DNA of 64,000 nt from an uncultured Anaerotruncus sp. (GCA_905210995.1 CAJLZE010000001.1:1910-65909); one strand, 5' to 3'. Shown: positions 44,242 to 54,289, counted from the first letter of the stretch. A program made the numbers and translations. The notes: a model not told the origin generated them from the letters alone.

Positions 44242-44919
44242 TCAGACACCGGCGGCACGTGCGGCGGCGCGCTGCAAAAGCTCCGCATCGTCAGCGGGAA
44301 GCCCCGCGGTGTATTCGTTGCCGACAGGCGACGCACCGAAGAGCGTTGCAAAATGCACGCACGCGGCAAGATACGAGCCGGCGGGAGACGGGTGCGTCAT
44401 GTCGGCGTTATAGAGCTCGATCCCCGCGGCATTTTCGTATACATCGAGAAACGCACATCCGACGTGCGACACCGCACAGCCGAGCGCCGCTCCCGCCGCA
44501 TCATATGCGGAATGAAGGAGCGCGTGCATCGCCGCAGTCGTCCACCCGTGTTCGGCGAGCGTGTCGTTTCCCGCTTTGCGCCCCCACGTCTCGTAAAGCA
44601 CCGGCACCGCCTGCGGCTGATATTCCTTCAGCTTTTCGGTGATTGCACGCAGTCCCTCCGCAAAGCGTTCGGGCTCCGCCGCGGGAAGGACCGACTGCTC
44701 CTGAAGTATCACACGGTCGTATTTCATGTCTCCCGAAAGCGCCGCCGTCACCCGCCTGCCGTTTTCGTTATCATCCGATGCGAGCCTTGCGAGCGTGTAA
44801 CCGCCCTTTGTGACCGACGCGACCTCCGCATAAAAGCCTGCGGCGCGCGCAAGGCTTTCAAGCATTTTCGGCATGTCGTTGTAATATGTGTAGCTGTTTC
44901 CGATAAAAAGAATGTTCAT
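44242..44919 (-). CDS. SGNH/GDSL-like hydrolase (DUF4886-like)
   Basis: MNILFIGNSYTYYNDMP start (ATG at 44919, AAGGAGAA SD) and a later DMTHPSPAGSY motif. Confidence 0.65.
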   Translation of the reverse strand: MNILFIGNSYTYYNDMPKMLESLARAAGFYAEVASVTKGGYTLARLASDDNENGRRVTAALSGDMKYDRVILQEQSVLPAAEPERFAEGLRAITEKLKEYQPQAVPVLYETWGRKAGNDTLAEHGWTTAAMHALLHSAYDAAGAALGCAVSHVGCAFLDVYENAAGIELYNADMTHPSPAGSYLAACVHFATLFGASPVGNEYTAGLPADDAELLQRAAARAAGV

Positions 44920-45040
44920 AAGCCCTGTTCTCCTTTTTTCCAAACCGTTTTGCCGCCAATAAAATCAAAAACATAACGTCCGGGAGCAAGACCGGCCGGG
45001 ACGGCATCAAAAACGCCGGGATCCGTGCCGGTATTTTTAA

Positions 45041-45075
45041 GGGGCTGTTAAAAACGCAAGGTTTTTAACAGCCCC
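45041..45075. terminator. hairpin downstream of tmk (possible terminator)
   Basis: GGGGCTGTTAAAAAC-gcaag-GTTTTTAACAGCCCC, a perfect 15-bp stem with no clean U-run. Confidence 0.4.
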
Positions 45076-45081
45076 GGTAGG

Positions 45082-45726
45082 TCATATGAGTCCGGCGACC
45101 GCGCACCAAATATCGTCGGCAACCTCATCCTCGGAAGCCGAGGCGTCGATAACGGCGATCCTCCTGCCGCGCTCGGCAAGATAATCAAGCGTTTCGCGAT
45201 AGTTGCGCAGCACGGCGCGCTGTGTTTCGTCGGCGTCGAATATCTCCTCTGCCGTCCTGCCGGCTGCACGCCGACGGGCGGTCTCCTCGGGAGAAACGTC
45301 AAGATAAATTATCAGATCGGCGTCAAGCTGTTCGAAGCACGGGCGGTTGAGCTCGTATATCTGCTCCATCGACAGCCGCGGAGTGCGGTTGTATGCCATA
45401 TTTGAGGGGTAATACCTGTCGCACACGATATCGGCACCGCCCTCAAGCAGCGGCAGCATAAATTTGATATGCTCCAGCCTGTCGGCCACGTGCAGATATG
45501 CGAGCGTTTCGGGCAGTATTTTAACACTGCCGTAATACGCCGAGCGCACGACCGCACCGATGATGTCGCGCGAGTCGGGCTCTCTTTCGGACAGGCACCG
45601 ACGTGCGCGTGCCGCCTCAAGCCTGCGGCACAGGCGTGCCGCCTGAGTGGTCTTTCCGCAGCCGTCGCCGCCCTCAAGCACAATAAACAGTCCGCGCCCC
45701 ATGGCGCCGGGATTCCGATCGTTCAT
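45082..45726 (-). CDS. tmk: dTMP kinase
   Basis: FIVLEGGDGCGKTTQ P-loop, DRY motif, 214 aa. Confidence 0.9.
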   Translation of the reverse strand: MNDRNPGAMGRGLFIVLEGGDGCGKTTQAARLCRRLEAARARRCLSEREPDSRDIIGAVVRSAYYGSVKILPETLAYLHVADRLEHIKFMLPLLEGGADIVCDRYYPSNMAYNRTPRLSMEQIYELNRPCFEQLDADLIIYLDVSPEETARRRAAGRTAEEIFDADETQRAVLRNYRETLDYLAERGRRIAVIDASASEDEVADDIWCAVAGLI

Positions 45727-45755
45727 AGTTTCTCCGTAAGGTAAGATATTCCGTC

Positions 45756-46823
45756 TCAGTCTTTCTTTCTTCTGCAGACGCAGACAGCGGCGGGAATGAC
45801 AGCCGCGATAACGGCAAACGCCGCAGCGGACGAACCGCAGCCCTTCTTTTCGGGTGCAGCAGCGCTCGTCTCGGGAGCCTTGGTCTCGGGTGCTTTAGTC
45901 TCGGGAGCCTTGGTCTCGGGGGCTTTGGTCTCGGGAGCCTTGGTCTCGGTCGCAGTGGTCTCGGGAGCCTTGGTCTCGGGAGCCGCCGTGGTGACGTCGG
46001 CTATCGACTCGGCATTGGGAGTAACGGTGTCATTGCCCATCTTTGCGAGAGCAAGTATCTCGGTCTCGCTCAGAACTCTGTTGTAGATGCGCATATCGTC
46101 AAGGTAGCCCTCAAAGCCCGGGTACTTGCCGATCTCGTAGTGGTTGCCCACGGAAATGCCCTTGATCTGGATCGGCAGCGACTCGGAGTAGACCGCGCTG
46201 TCGGCAAGAGCGCCGTTGGCATAATATTTGATGGTGTTGGTGTTGTTGTCGTAGGTGATGGTGAAGAGGTTCCACTTGCCCGCCTCAAGCTGAGGAGTGC
46301 GATAGTGAGAGAACGCCTTCTCTTCGAACATACCGCCGGTCGGCGCCTTTGCGTTGCCGCTTATGCAGACCTGGCAGGAGCCGGGGAACTCGCCCCATAC
46401 AAACTGAAGGTGCATATCGCCGGGAGTCCACGACTGAGTGGTGAAGAAGTAACGGTTCTTGTCAGCAGATTCTGCGGGGAACTTGTCGGCATAGATCCAC
46501 ACGGAGTAGGTCATGGTAGTGAGATCTGCCAGCTTGCCGTTGAGAGCCTCCTCATAAGCCATAAGTGTGGTGTTGCCGTCAAAGTAAACGGCTTTGCCTA
46601 CGGGTCCGTCGCTCTGATAAGCAACGCCGACCATCTTTTCGAGGGGCACGGGGTTATCCTTTGCGGAGTCGGCAAAGGTCTGCGTTACGGGGTCGTAAAC
46701 ATCAAAGGTGTAGTAGGAGAGCAGGCCCTTTTCGAGATCGACCGCCGTATCGGTCGCAAATGTGGGAAGCGCAAATGCCGCGACCATGAGGACGGCAAGC
46801 GCGATAGCAAGTGTTTTTTTCAT
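45756..46823 (-). CDS. secreted LamG/concanavalin-like domain protein with an (ETKAP)n linker and a C-terminal membrane anchor
   Basis: Signal peptide, a LamG-type motif (GYLDDMRIYNRVLSETEI), the ETKAP repeats, and a terminal hydrophobic helix followed by RRKKD. Confidence 0.65.
   Translation of the reverse strand: MKKTLAIALAVLMVAAFALPTFATDTAVDLEKGLLSYYTFDVYDPVTQTFADSAKDNPVPLEKMVGVAYQSDGPVGKAVYFDGNTTLMAYEEALNGKLADLTTMTYSVWIYADKFPAESADKNRYFFTTQSWTPGDMHLQFVWGEFPGSCQVCISGNAKAPTGGMFEEKAFSHYRTPQLEAGKWNLFTITYDNNTNTIKYYANGALADSAVYSESLPIQIKGISVGNHYEIGKYPGFEGYLDDMRIYNRVLSETEILALAKMGNDTVTPNAESIADVTTAAPETKAPETTATETKAPETKAPETKAPETKAPETKAPETSAAAPEKKGCGSSAAAFAVIAAVIPAAVCVCRRKKD
45868..45987. repeat. 15-bp in-frame tandem repeat, about 8 copies, encoding (ETKAP)n
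   Basis: The unit GTCTCGGGNGCYTTG repeats head to tail within the LamG gene. Confidence 0.85.
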
Positions 46824-46872
46824 TTTGTTGTTCTGCCTTTCGCCTTATTTATGATTTGGCTGATGCGGACGG

Positions 46873-48378
46873 TCATTCGAGATTAAGCGCCTTGAGCGTA
46901 TCGCTTATGCTCTTGCGCACGACCTTGTTTATTCTCGTGATCTGTCCGGATATATCGGAAACATTGTTTTTGAAGGAGTTTTCGACCGTCGTGCGGATGC
47001 TGCCGAAGTTATAGACATACGCAAGCTCGAATCTGCCGTTCTTGTAGATGGTGTCGAGCATTTCGATAGCGGCGGGATCCTTGTTGTACTTGTAGCAGAG
47101 GGTGATGTCGTAGTAGGCGGGTTTGACCTTCTTGTGCGACACGGCAGCCATGTTTTCAAGCACTATGCCCACGCGCTCGGGATTTGCGCAGTTGGCGGGA
47201 ACGCAGAGAGCGGACGCGCCGCAGGTTATCGGGGATATGTAGTTTGCCTGATCCTCGCTGTATTTGGGCGAGGTGATGATACCGTAGGAAAAGCTGTCGT
47301 CACGATGCTCCTTCAGCGTACCGGTGACCTCATACATGAAGAGCGAGCGGCCCTCGGAGAAGGGGGTATGCTGGCGGTTGGAAAGCTTGGAGTAACCCTC
47401 GCTTATCGGGCTACCGCAAAGAACGGTGTTGTAGATGGTGTCCTTGACCTTTGTATAAGCGTTGATATAGCGCTCGTTGACGCCGTTGAAGTTGGCGCTC
47501 GGGATGTGCTGCGAATCGTATTCGAGCAGAGAGGTGTCAAAGCCTATCATCATCGAATATCCGCTGTTGGTGTGCGCAACGAGGCCGTAAATGCTGTTGG
47601 AATCGGAAATGTCCTTTGTGCCGTTGGCGTCGACATCGCTAGCAACGACCTTCATCATCTCGTTGAGCTTGTCGATGGTCCACTTGCCGGATTTGACCAG
47701 CTCGTAAGGATCCTCAAGTCCCTGATAGGTGGCAAGCATATCCTTGTTGAAGATAGATGCGTAGAAGGACTCGTGGAAGTGAAGGTGTATATCCGAGAAG
47801 AGCATATACACGGCGGGACCGATGGCTATGCTGCGGCTCGTGGTGGGATACCACCATTCCTTTTCAAGGTTGATACCGTCGATGCTGTTGAAGTCGGTAA
47901 GTCTGTTTTCGGTAGCGAGCTTCACGTTGCTGCCGATAACATCCCAGAAGCAGTCGTAGGCGCGCTCCTGTGTTTCAAAATCCTTGCGGATGGCAGAGAG
48001 AACGTTGGTGCTCGACTCGATAACGAGCTTGACGCCGACGGCGTTCTCAAGCATGGCATTGCGATCGGTCACGGCATCGCTGATGGTGTCGCCGAGCTGT
48101 TCGGAAGATTCCATAGTCGTAAGCGCCCATGAACAGACGTTGTTGAGGATATGGAACTCCTGTCCCGAAAAATCGCCGGTGGGAAGATCCTTATAAATGT
48201 CGTTCGCGGTGTCTTCCGTTACAGCGACATTTGACGACGTGCTGTCACCTGTATCCTCGCCGCCTGTTGGCTGGGTGCAGGCACAAAAAACGCCGCAAAG
48301 GACGAGCAGTGCCATGAGCGCGGCGCAGAGTCTCAGAACAAAGCAGCGGCTCATCTGGCTGGGGGTCTTTTGAATCAT
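46873..48378 (-). CDS. lipoprotein, extracellular solute-binding-protein-like
   Basis: The ATG at 48378 has an ATGGAGGAA SD. The lipobox-like segment is LVLCGVFCAC. Pattern resembles family-1 SBPs. No adjacent permeases. Confidence 0.6.
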   Translation of the reverse strand: MIQKTPSQMSRCFVLRLCAALMALLVLCGVFCACTQPTGGEDTGDSTSSNVAVTEDTANDIYKDLPTGDFSGQEFHILNNVCSWALTTMESSEQLGDTISDAVTDRNAMLENAVGVKLVIESSTNVLSAIRKDFETQERAYDCFWDVIGSNVKLATENRLTDFNSIDGINLEKEWWYPTTSRSIAIGPAVYMLFSDIHLHFHESFYASIFNKDMLATYQGLEDPYELVKSGKWTIDKLNEMMKVVASDVDANGTKDISDSNSIYGLVAHTNSGYSMMIGFDTSLLEYDSQHIPSANFNGVNERYINAYTKVKDTIYNTVLCGSPISEGYSKLSNRQHTPFSEGRSLFMYEVTGTLKEHRDDSFSYGIITSPKYSEDQANYISPITCGASALCVPANCANPERVGIVLENMAAVSHKKVKPAYYDITLCYKYNKDPAAIEMLDTIYKNGRFELAYVYNFGSIRTTVENSFKNNVSDISGQITRINKVVRKSISDTLKALNLE

Positions 48379-48688
48379 AACAATTCCTCCATATAAAAAT
48401 ATATATAACTGATCCCGACGATTCTCCGCCGTGTTCAATCCAAAAATAACTCAGTGTCATTATAGCACAAAAGTTATTTAAAATCAAGCCGTCTTTTGAT
48501 ATTTTTATGACAAAAAATCACAGCGTCGCGGAGACACGCGGGCTGCGCCACTTGACACGGAAGGTGCTTCTGCATTATAATTAATATGATCCTCCGGCGG
48601 CGGGTGCCCGCAGCGTGCGTCCGACCGGAGAGAAAAGCCGAAAAACGCAGCCAAACGGCTCCGGCTGCGCGGGAAGGGACGGTCGTGC

Positions 48689-49501
48689 ATGACGGAAAAA
48701 CGCACAAGGACGAGAAAATACGCCGCGATACTCATTGCCGCGACACTGGCGGCAATGCTTTCCGGCTGCGCGTCAGAAAACGATATACCCGTAAGCTCGA
48801 TCTCCTACAAGCTGCCCGAAAAGCTTGCCGCGGGTAAATTCGACGGCGACTATGCCGAAAAAATGGATAAGACGACGTATTCGTACTCCGACAGAAATAT
48901 ATATATATCGGTAAGAAACGACGCGCTGTTCGTGTCGGGCACCGACTCGTCCGGCGACGGCGTAAAGAGCCTCACCGTCCCCGGCGGCTGTTTTACCGGC
49001 ACCGCCGGCAGCGGCAGCACGGCGGGCTCGCTCATCTTCCGCACGGACGGCGGCACAACGATACCGATCGTCAATGAGAGCTGCCGCGGGATATTCCCGT
49101 TCGGCGCGGGCTGCATCGCCGTTACGTTTTTGCCCGGCAACAGCGAGGGCGCGGGCGCGTCGTGCAGCGTATATATGCTCACCCCGGCAGCCGACCTGAC
49201 GTGGTCGCGGCAGCTCGTCGCATCGCTCGACGGCGTGCCCGACGCCGCATGCCTTGCCGCCGACGGCAGCGCCGTGCTCGTGGCGGTGAGCGGCGAAAAA
49301 AAGTCGCTCGTGAAGATAAGCGCCGACGGGAAAATTTCAACTCTCACGGGATCGGAGCTTTTTCAGAAATTCACCGTCTCGTCGCTCGTCGAATGGCGCG
49401 GCAGCATTTACTGCGCGTCAAAGACCGGCATTCTCGCCTTTGACCCGACAAACGAAAAGGAAACATGGTACCCCATCGACTGGCGTAAGCTCGACAACTG
49501 A
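48689..49501 (+). CDS. lipoprotein of unknown function
   Basis: MTEKRTRTRKYAAILIAATLAAMLSGC lipobox; the remaining sequence is Gly/Ser rich and may be beta-propeller-like. Confidence 0.5.
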   Translation: MTEKRTRTRKYAAILIAATLAAMLSGCASENDIPVSSISYKLPEKLAAGKFDGDYAEKMDKTTYSYSDRNIYISVRNDALFVSGTDSSGDGVKSLTVPGGCFTGTAGSGSTAGSLIFRTDGGTTIPIVNESCRGIFPFGAGCIAVTFLPGNSEGAGASCSVYMLTPAADLTWSRQLVASLDGVPDAACLAADGSAVLVAVSGEKKSLVKISADGKISTLTGSELFQKFTVSSLVEWRGSIYCASKTGILAFDPTNEKETWYPIDWRKLDN

Positions 49502-49681
49502 AACGCGGCAGGTGCCGATGCACCGCCCGAAAATATGATTCGTAAAGCAGGGTAAGCTCCGCTCCTCCCCTACGGCTGCGGTCGTGCGGCAAGCTGCCCC
49601 TTGCCATGGCTCACCCGGGAGAAAGTCGGGGCTGCCCCGTCATCACGGCGTTTCCGGCGCATTATTTTGTCGCATATGCAT

Positions 49682-49710
49682 ATATCCGCCCTTTGCGGCG
49701 GATATTTTTG
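49682..49710 (+). terminator. rho-independent terminator
   Basis: ATATCCGCC-ctttgc-GGCGGATAT followed by TTTTT. Confidence 0.7.
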
Positions 49711-49715
49711 CGTCA

Positions 49716-49733
49716 AATCAATAAATATTCATT
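49716..49733. promoter_or_regulatory. candidate ARG box (ArgR/AhrC operator)
   Basis: AATCAATAAATATTCATT matches most positions of the 18-mer consensus TNTGAATWWWWATTCANW. It abuts the -35 element of the argG promoter. Confidence 0.45.
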
Positions 49734-49740
49734 TTACCCC

Positions 49741-49768
49741 TTGACAAACGCCGAATATGGTGTATAAT
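49741..49768 (+). promoter_or_regulatory. sigma-A type promoter (extended -10) for argG
   Basis: TTGACA, 16 nt, TGtATAAT. Confidence 0.6.
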
Positions 49769-49880
49769 TATGCACAGAAAGAGAACACGTCCGGAAGTCA
49801 CGCGGCTTTCGCCGCCGTGCGGCAGCGCTCGCGCTTCGCAAAATGCTCCGGATCCGCAAAGAAAGGCTATGGTCATAAAA

Positions 49881-51104
49881 ATGAAAAAAGAAGACATAAA
49901 GAAGGTCGTGCTTGCATACTCGGGAGGGCTTGACACCTCAATAATCATCCCGTGGCTCAAGGAAAACTACAACAACTGCGAGGTCATCGCGGTCTCCGCC
50001 AATGTAGGTCAGGCGGATGAGCTCGAAGGACTCGAGGAAAAAGCGCTCGCAACCGGCGCCTCGAAGCTTTACGTGCTCGACCTCACCGACGAATATGTTG
50101 ACGACTACATCATCCCCACCATGAAAGCCGGCGCGATGTATGAGGAATATCTGCTCGGCACCAGCCATGCCCGCCCCTGCATCGCAAAGCATCTTGTCGA
50201 TATCGCCCTCAAGGAAGGTGCCGACGCGATAGCTCACGGCTGCACCGGCAAGGGTAACGACCAGGTGCGTTTTGAGCTCACCATCAAGCACTTTGCGCCC
50301 GAAATGCCCATTATCGCTCCGTGGCGCGAATGGAGCATAAAGTCGCGCGAAGAAGAAATAGATTACGCCGAGGCGCATAACGTGCCGCTGAAGATAAACC
50401 GCGAGACGAACTATTCGAAGGACAAAAACCTCTGGCACCTCTCGCATGAAGGACTTGACCTTGAGGATCCCGCCAACGAGCCGCAGTACGAGAAGAAGGG
50501 CTTTCTTGAAATGGGCGTCTCTCCGATAGACGCGCCCGACAAGCCGACATACGTTACGCTCGATTTCGAAGCGGGCGTTCCGGTAGCGCTTGACGGCGAA
50601 AAGATGAGCGCCAAGGATATCATACTGAAGCTCAATAAGCTCGGCGGCGAAAACGGGATCGGCATTCTCGACATCGTCGAAAACAGGCTCGTCGGCATGA
50701 AGTGCCGCGGCGTGTACGAAACCCCCGGCGGAACGATACTCTACAAGGTGCATTCGGTGCTCGAAACACTATGCCTTGACAAAATGACCATGCACGAAAA
50801 GCAGAAGCTGGCGGTGACATACGCCGAGCTGGTGTATAACGGTCAGTGGTTCACGCCGCTGAGAGAAGCGCTCGCCGCATTTGTCGACAAAACGCAGGAA
50901 CGCGTGACCGGCAAGGTCAAGCTCAAGCTCTATAAGGGCAATATCATAAATGCCGGCGTAGAGAGCCCGTATTCGCTTTACAGCGAACAGATAGCCACAT
51001 TCGGCGAAAGCGATTATGACCAGACCGACGCGAACGGGTTCATAAACCTCTTCGGACTGCCCATCAAGGTGCAGGCGCTCGCCGACGCCGGAAAGCTCTC
51101 GTAA
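49881..51104 (+). CDS. argG: argininosuccinate synthase
   Basis: [15 protein letters not shown]-PPase motif with full-length similarity to ArgG. The start is ATG at 49881 (MKKEDIKK), or possibly 49869. The track start at 49770 lies inside the promoter and is rejected. Confidence 0.95.
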   Translation: MKKEDIKKVVLAYSGGLDTSIIIPWLKENYNNCEVIAVSANVGQADELEGLEEKALATGASKLYVLDLTDEYVDDYIIPTMKAGAMYEEYLLGTSHARPCIAKHLVDIALKEGADAIAHGCTGKGNDQVRFELTIKHFAPEMPIIAPWREWSIKSREEEIDYAEAHNVPLKINRETNYSKDKNLWHLSHEGLDLEDPANEPQYEKKGFLEMGVSPIDAPDKPTYVTLDFEAGVPVALDGEKMSAKDIILKLNKLGGENGIGILDIVENRLVGMKCRGVYETPGGTILYKVHSVLETLCLDKMTMHEKQKLAVTYAELVYNGQWFTPLREALAAFVDKTQERVTGKVKLKLYKGNIINAGVESPYSLYSEQIATFGESDYDQTDANGFINLFGLPIKVQALADAGKLS

Positions 51105-51591
51105 AACCCGCCGGGCGATCCGAACGGAAGGAAGGTCAATAATGTGCGGGCGGTCTTCGCCGGGCAAAGCCCGGGCGAAGACCGGGACCGCCATTCCCGA
51201 AAGTATAATTCGGTAAAGCAGGGGAGGGGTCAAGCCCCTCCCCTACGGCAACAATCATAAAAAAGCAAAATGCCGCACCGTTTAAAACGACGCAGATTTT
51301 GCGGAAGGAAAAACGCGGAAGTACATGAAACATAACAGCAGCAGCGGAGCGGGATCTCCGCTTTCTCCGTCATCGGAATATAACGCCAAAACACCGTTGG
51401 GGTATGAAGCCCCCAACCCGTCCAAGCTCTCCGGCAGCAGTAGTTCAGACTCTGATCTCACTCCGCCGTCGGGGTATGACGCTCAAAACCCGCTCAAACA
51501 TTCCGGCATCGGCAGTTCAGGTTCTCCACTCGCTCCACCGTCGGGGTATAAAGCTCAAGCTCCGCAAAAAACCCACCCGAGTTTTAAAAAG
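51105..51591. repeat. repeat-filled argG-argH spacer
   Basis: GGGGAGGGG-tcaag-CCCCTCCCC hairpin followed by TACGG (51220-51248), and at least three tandem units with a period of about 72-73 bp (anchors 51393, 51466, 51538) of the YCGTYGGGGTAT...CACCCGAG type. Confidence 0.8.
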
Positions 51592-52965
51592 ATGTGGGAG
51601 GGGAGAACGGCGGGAAAAACCGACCCCGCGGCGGACGATTTCAATTCGTCGATAAGGTTTGACAGCAAAATGTACCGCCAGGACGTCCTCGGCAGCATGG
51701 CGCATGCCGCAATGCTCGGCGCACAGGGGATAATCCCGACGGCGGACGCCGAAAAGCTCGCGGAAGGGCTGGAGGGGATACTCAACGACCTCGACGCGGG
51801 AAAGCTTGAATTCGATCCCGCGGCGGAGGATATACATATGTTCGTCGAAACGGTGCTCACGGAGCGCATCGGCGACGTGGGTAAAAAGCTGCATACCGCA
51901 CGGAGCCGAAACGACCAGGTCGCACTTGACACGCGGATGTACCTGCGCGACGAGAGCGCGGATATCACAGCGCTTGTGCTCAGCCTTGTCGAAACGCTCT
52001 GCACCCGCGCAGCCGAAAACCGCGCAACGATAATGCCCGGATATACGCATATGCAGCGCGCACAGCCGGTGACGTTCGGACATCACCTGATGGCATACGC
52101 AATGATGCTTTTGCGCGACCTCGGCAGACTCGACGATTGCCGGAAGAGAATGAACGTGTCGCCGATAGGCTGCTGCGCGCTTGCGGGGACGACATACCCC
52201 GTTGACCGCCGCGCGGAGGCTGCATCTCTCGGCTTTGACGGTATCGCCATGAACAGTCTCGACGGCGTATCCGACCGCGACTATTGCGTTGAGCTCGCGT
52301 CGGCGATCTCGCTTATAATGATGCACCTCTCAAGGCTCTCGGAGGAGCTGGTACTGTGGTCAAGCTGGGAGTTCGGCTTTGTCGAGCTGTCCGACGCGTA
52401 CACGACAGGCTCGTCGATAATGCCGCAAAAGAAGAATCCCGACATGGCGGAGCTTATACGCGGCAAGACCGGACGCGTTTTCGGCGACCTTATGGCGCTG
52501 CTGACCGTCCTCAAGGGGCTCCCTCTCGCATATAACAAGGATATGCAGGAGGATAAGGAAAATATCTTTGACGCGACCGAAACGGTGAAGGCGTGCCTGC
52601 CCGTTATGGATTCCATGATCGCCACGATGACGGTGAAGCCCGACGCGATGAAGCGCGCCGCGCAAAAGGGATTTATCAACGCGACGGACCTTGCCGACTA
52701 CCTCACAAAGAAAGGCCTGCCCTTCCGTGCGGCATATAAGCTGTCGGGCGAGCTTGTGGCACGCTGCCTGAAGGAGGGAAAGGTGCTCGAGGAGCTGCCG
52801 CTTGAGGTCTACCGCGAGTACAGCGAGCTGTTTGACGGCGACCTTTATGCCGCCATCGACCTCGACGCCTGCGTCGCAAAGCGCGCGTCCGAGGGGGGAA
52901 CATCGCCCGAATCGGTGGACGCACAGATAAAATACGTAAAGGAAACGCTCGCGGCGCTGAAATGA
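51592..52965 (+). CDS. argH: argininosuccinate lyase
   Basis: MWEGRTAG...SIRFD...GSMAHAAML and the fumarate-lyase signature GSSIMPQKKNPD. The start at 51592 is chosen by homology. The 89 upstream in-frame codons are repeat sequence. Confidence 0.9.
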   Translation: MWEGRTAGKTDPAADDFNSSIRFDSKMYRQDVLGSMAHAAMLGAQGIIPTADAEKLAEGLEGILNDLDAGKLEFDPAAEDIHMFVETVLTERIGDVGKKLHTARSRNDQVALDTRMYLRDESADITALVLSLVETLCTRAAENRATIMPGYTHMQRAQPVTFGHHLMAYAMMLLRDLGRLDDCRKRMNVSPIGCCALAGTTYPVDRRAEAASLGFDGIAMNSLDGVSDRDYCVELASAISLIMMHLSRLSEELVLWSSWEFGFVELSDAYTTGSSIMPQKKNPDMAELIRGKTGRVFGDLMALLTVLKGLPLAYNKDMQEDKENIFDATETVKACLPVMDSMIATMTVKPDAMKRAAQKGFINATDLADYLTKKGLPFRAAYKLSGELVARCLKEGKVLEELPLEVYREYSELFDGDLYAAIDLDACVAKRASEGGTSPESVDAQIKYVKETLAALK

Positions 52966-52990
52966 TGACGGCGACGACGCGCCGATATTG

Positions 52991-53029
52991 CGGGACCGAC
53001 GCATTATGCGCCGGTCCCGTTCTTTTTTT
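52991..53029 (+). terminator. rho-independent terminator of argH
   Basis: CGGGACCG...CGGTCCCG stem followed by a T-rich run (TCTTTTTTT). Confidence 0.75.
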
Positions 53030-53033
53030 ACGG

Positions 53034-53062
53034 TTGAAATCCGGATGAAAATGTGATATACT
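53034..53062 (+). promoter_or_regulatory. sigma-A type promoter (extended -10)
   Basis: TTGAAA, 17 nt, TGaTATACT. Confidence 0.6.
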
Positions 53063-53135
53063 ATTCGAAGCAGAGTCGGAGTGCCGCGCGCACGCGCGGC
53101 ATTTCAGGCTCAATAAATCCCCGAGAGGTCGCATC

Positions 53136-54185
53136 ATGGTAAAAAAACACACGAAAATATACAATATAATAAAAAGAACCGCGGCAGCGGCGCTCGCGCT
53201 GCTGCTCACGGCGGCACTTGCCGCCTGCGGGACCGTCACGGACGACGTGACCACCCCCGGCGCGCCCGCCGGAACATCGTCACCGACGGTCAGCGGGGAC
53301 AGTCATATAACTACCGCGCCGCAGGGCTCGGAAGCCGACGGCACCGCGACCGCGGAGCCGGAGGAGACGCTGAATATTCCGGAGAATACGATCGACGCGG
53401 CACAGGCGATCATTTACGACATCGCGGCAAAGCGCACACTGTTCTCGCGCAACGGCGTGATCGACGGCAAGGTCTACCCCGCAAGCACCACAAAGCTGTT
53501 CACCGCGTGGGTCGCGCTGCAGTATCTCAGCCCCGACGACGTGATAACCGCGGGGGACGAGCTGACGCTTGTTGCCTCCGACGCCTCGATAGCATATGTG
53601 CGGCGCGGTCATAAGCTGACGGCGGCAATGCTCGTTGAGGGGATGCTGCTCCCCAGCGGCGGAGACGCGGCATATGTGATAGCGGCTGCGGCGGGCAAAA
53701 AGATACGCGGCAACGATAACATCTCGGCAGAGGCGGCGATAGCCGCATTCGTCGGCGAGATGAACCGCAGACTCGAGGCGCTCGGCATGACCGGCACGCA
53801 TTTCACGAACCCGGACGGATATCACGATCCCGAGCATTATACCACACTGGAGGATATCGCGCGCATAGGTGCGCTGGCGCTCGAGAACGAAACGATAATG
53901 AAATACGCCACACTTGCCTCCGACCGAGTAACATACGCCAGCGGTCAGTCGAACAAGTGGCAGAACACGAACGAGCTCATCCGCCCCGATTCGCTTTATT
54001 ATTGCGCGGACGCGATAGGACTGAAAACAGGCTCGACAGACGAGGCGGGCTATTGCGTTATGACCGCCGCACGCAACGCCGAAGGGAAGTATTACATAAT
54101 CGGCGTTTTCGGCGCCTCGACCGGAAGCGCACGGTTTGCGGACGCCGCAAAGCTGATAGATTATGCCCTCGGCAGACGCAGTTGA
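53136..54185 (+). CDS. serine-type D-Ala-D-Ala carboxypeptidase (S11, DacB-like) lipoprotein
   Basis: LAACG lipobox, the SxxK motif ASTTKL, SGGD (an SxN-like position) and KTGST (KTG) motifs. Confidence 0.85.
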   Translation: MVKKHTKIYNIIKRTAAAALALLLTAALAACGTVTDDVTTPGAPAGTSSPTVSGDSHITTAPQGSEADGTATAEPEETLNIPENTIDAAQAIIYDIAAKRTLFSRNGVIDGKVYPASTTKLFTAWVALQYLSPDDVITAGDELTLVASDASIAYVRRGHKLTAAMLVEGMLLPSGGDAAYVIAAAAGKKIRGNDNISAEAAIAAFVGEMNRRLEALGMTGTHFTNPDGYHDPEHYTTLEDIARIGALALENETIMKYATLASDRVTYASGQSNKWQNTNELIRPDSLYYCADAIGLKTGSTDEAGYCVMTAARNAEGKYYIIGVFGASTGSARFADAAKLIDYALGRRS

Positions 54186-54216
54186 AAAGGTAAGCCGGAT
54201 CCGGTAAAATACAGCA

Positions 54217-54249
54217 GCAAAGCCCTCGGACAACGTCCGAGGGCTTTGC
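54217..54249. terminator. hairpin between convergent genes (bidirectional terminator candidate)
   Basis: GCAAAGCCCTCGGAC-aac-GTCCGAGGGCTTTGC, a perfect 15-bp stem. Confidence 0.6.
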
Positions 54250-54289
54250 TGACGCAAATAATAAGGCAGAGGATAAGAGATGTCGTGCC

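Noticed and set aside
51325-51591. 89-aa N-terminal extension of ArgH in the track ORF
   Set aside because: It is composed entirely of the tandem intergenic repeat units. ArgH homology begins at MWEGRTAG (51592). I kept it as a finding to verify, not as coding sequence.
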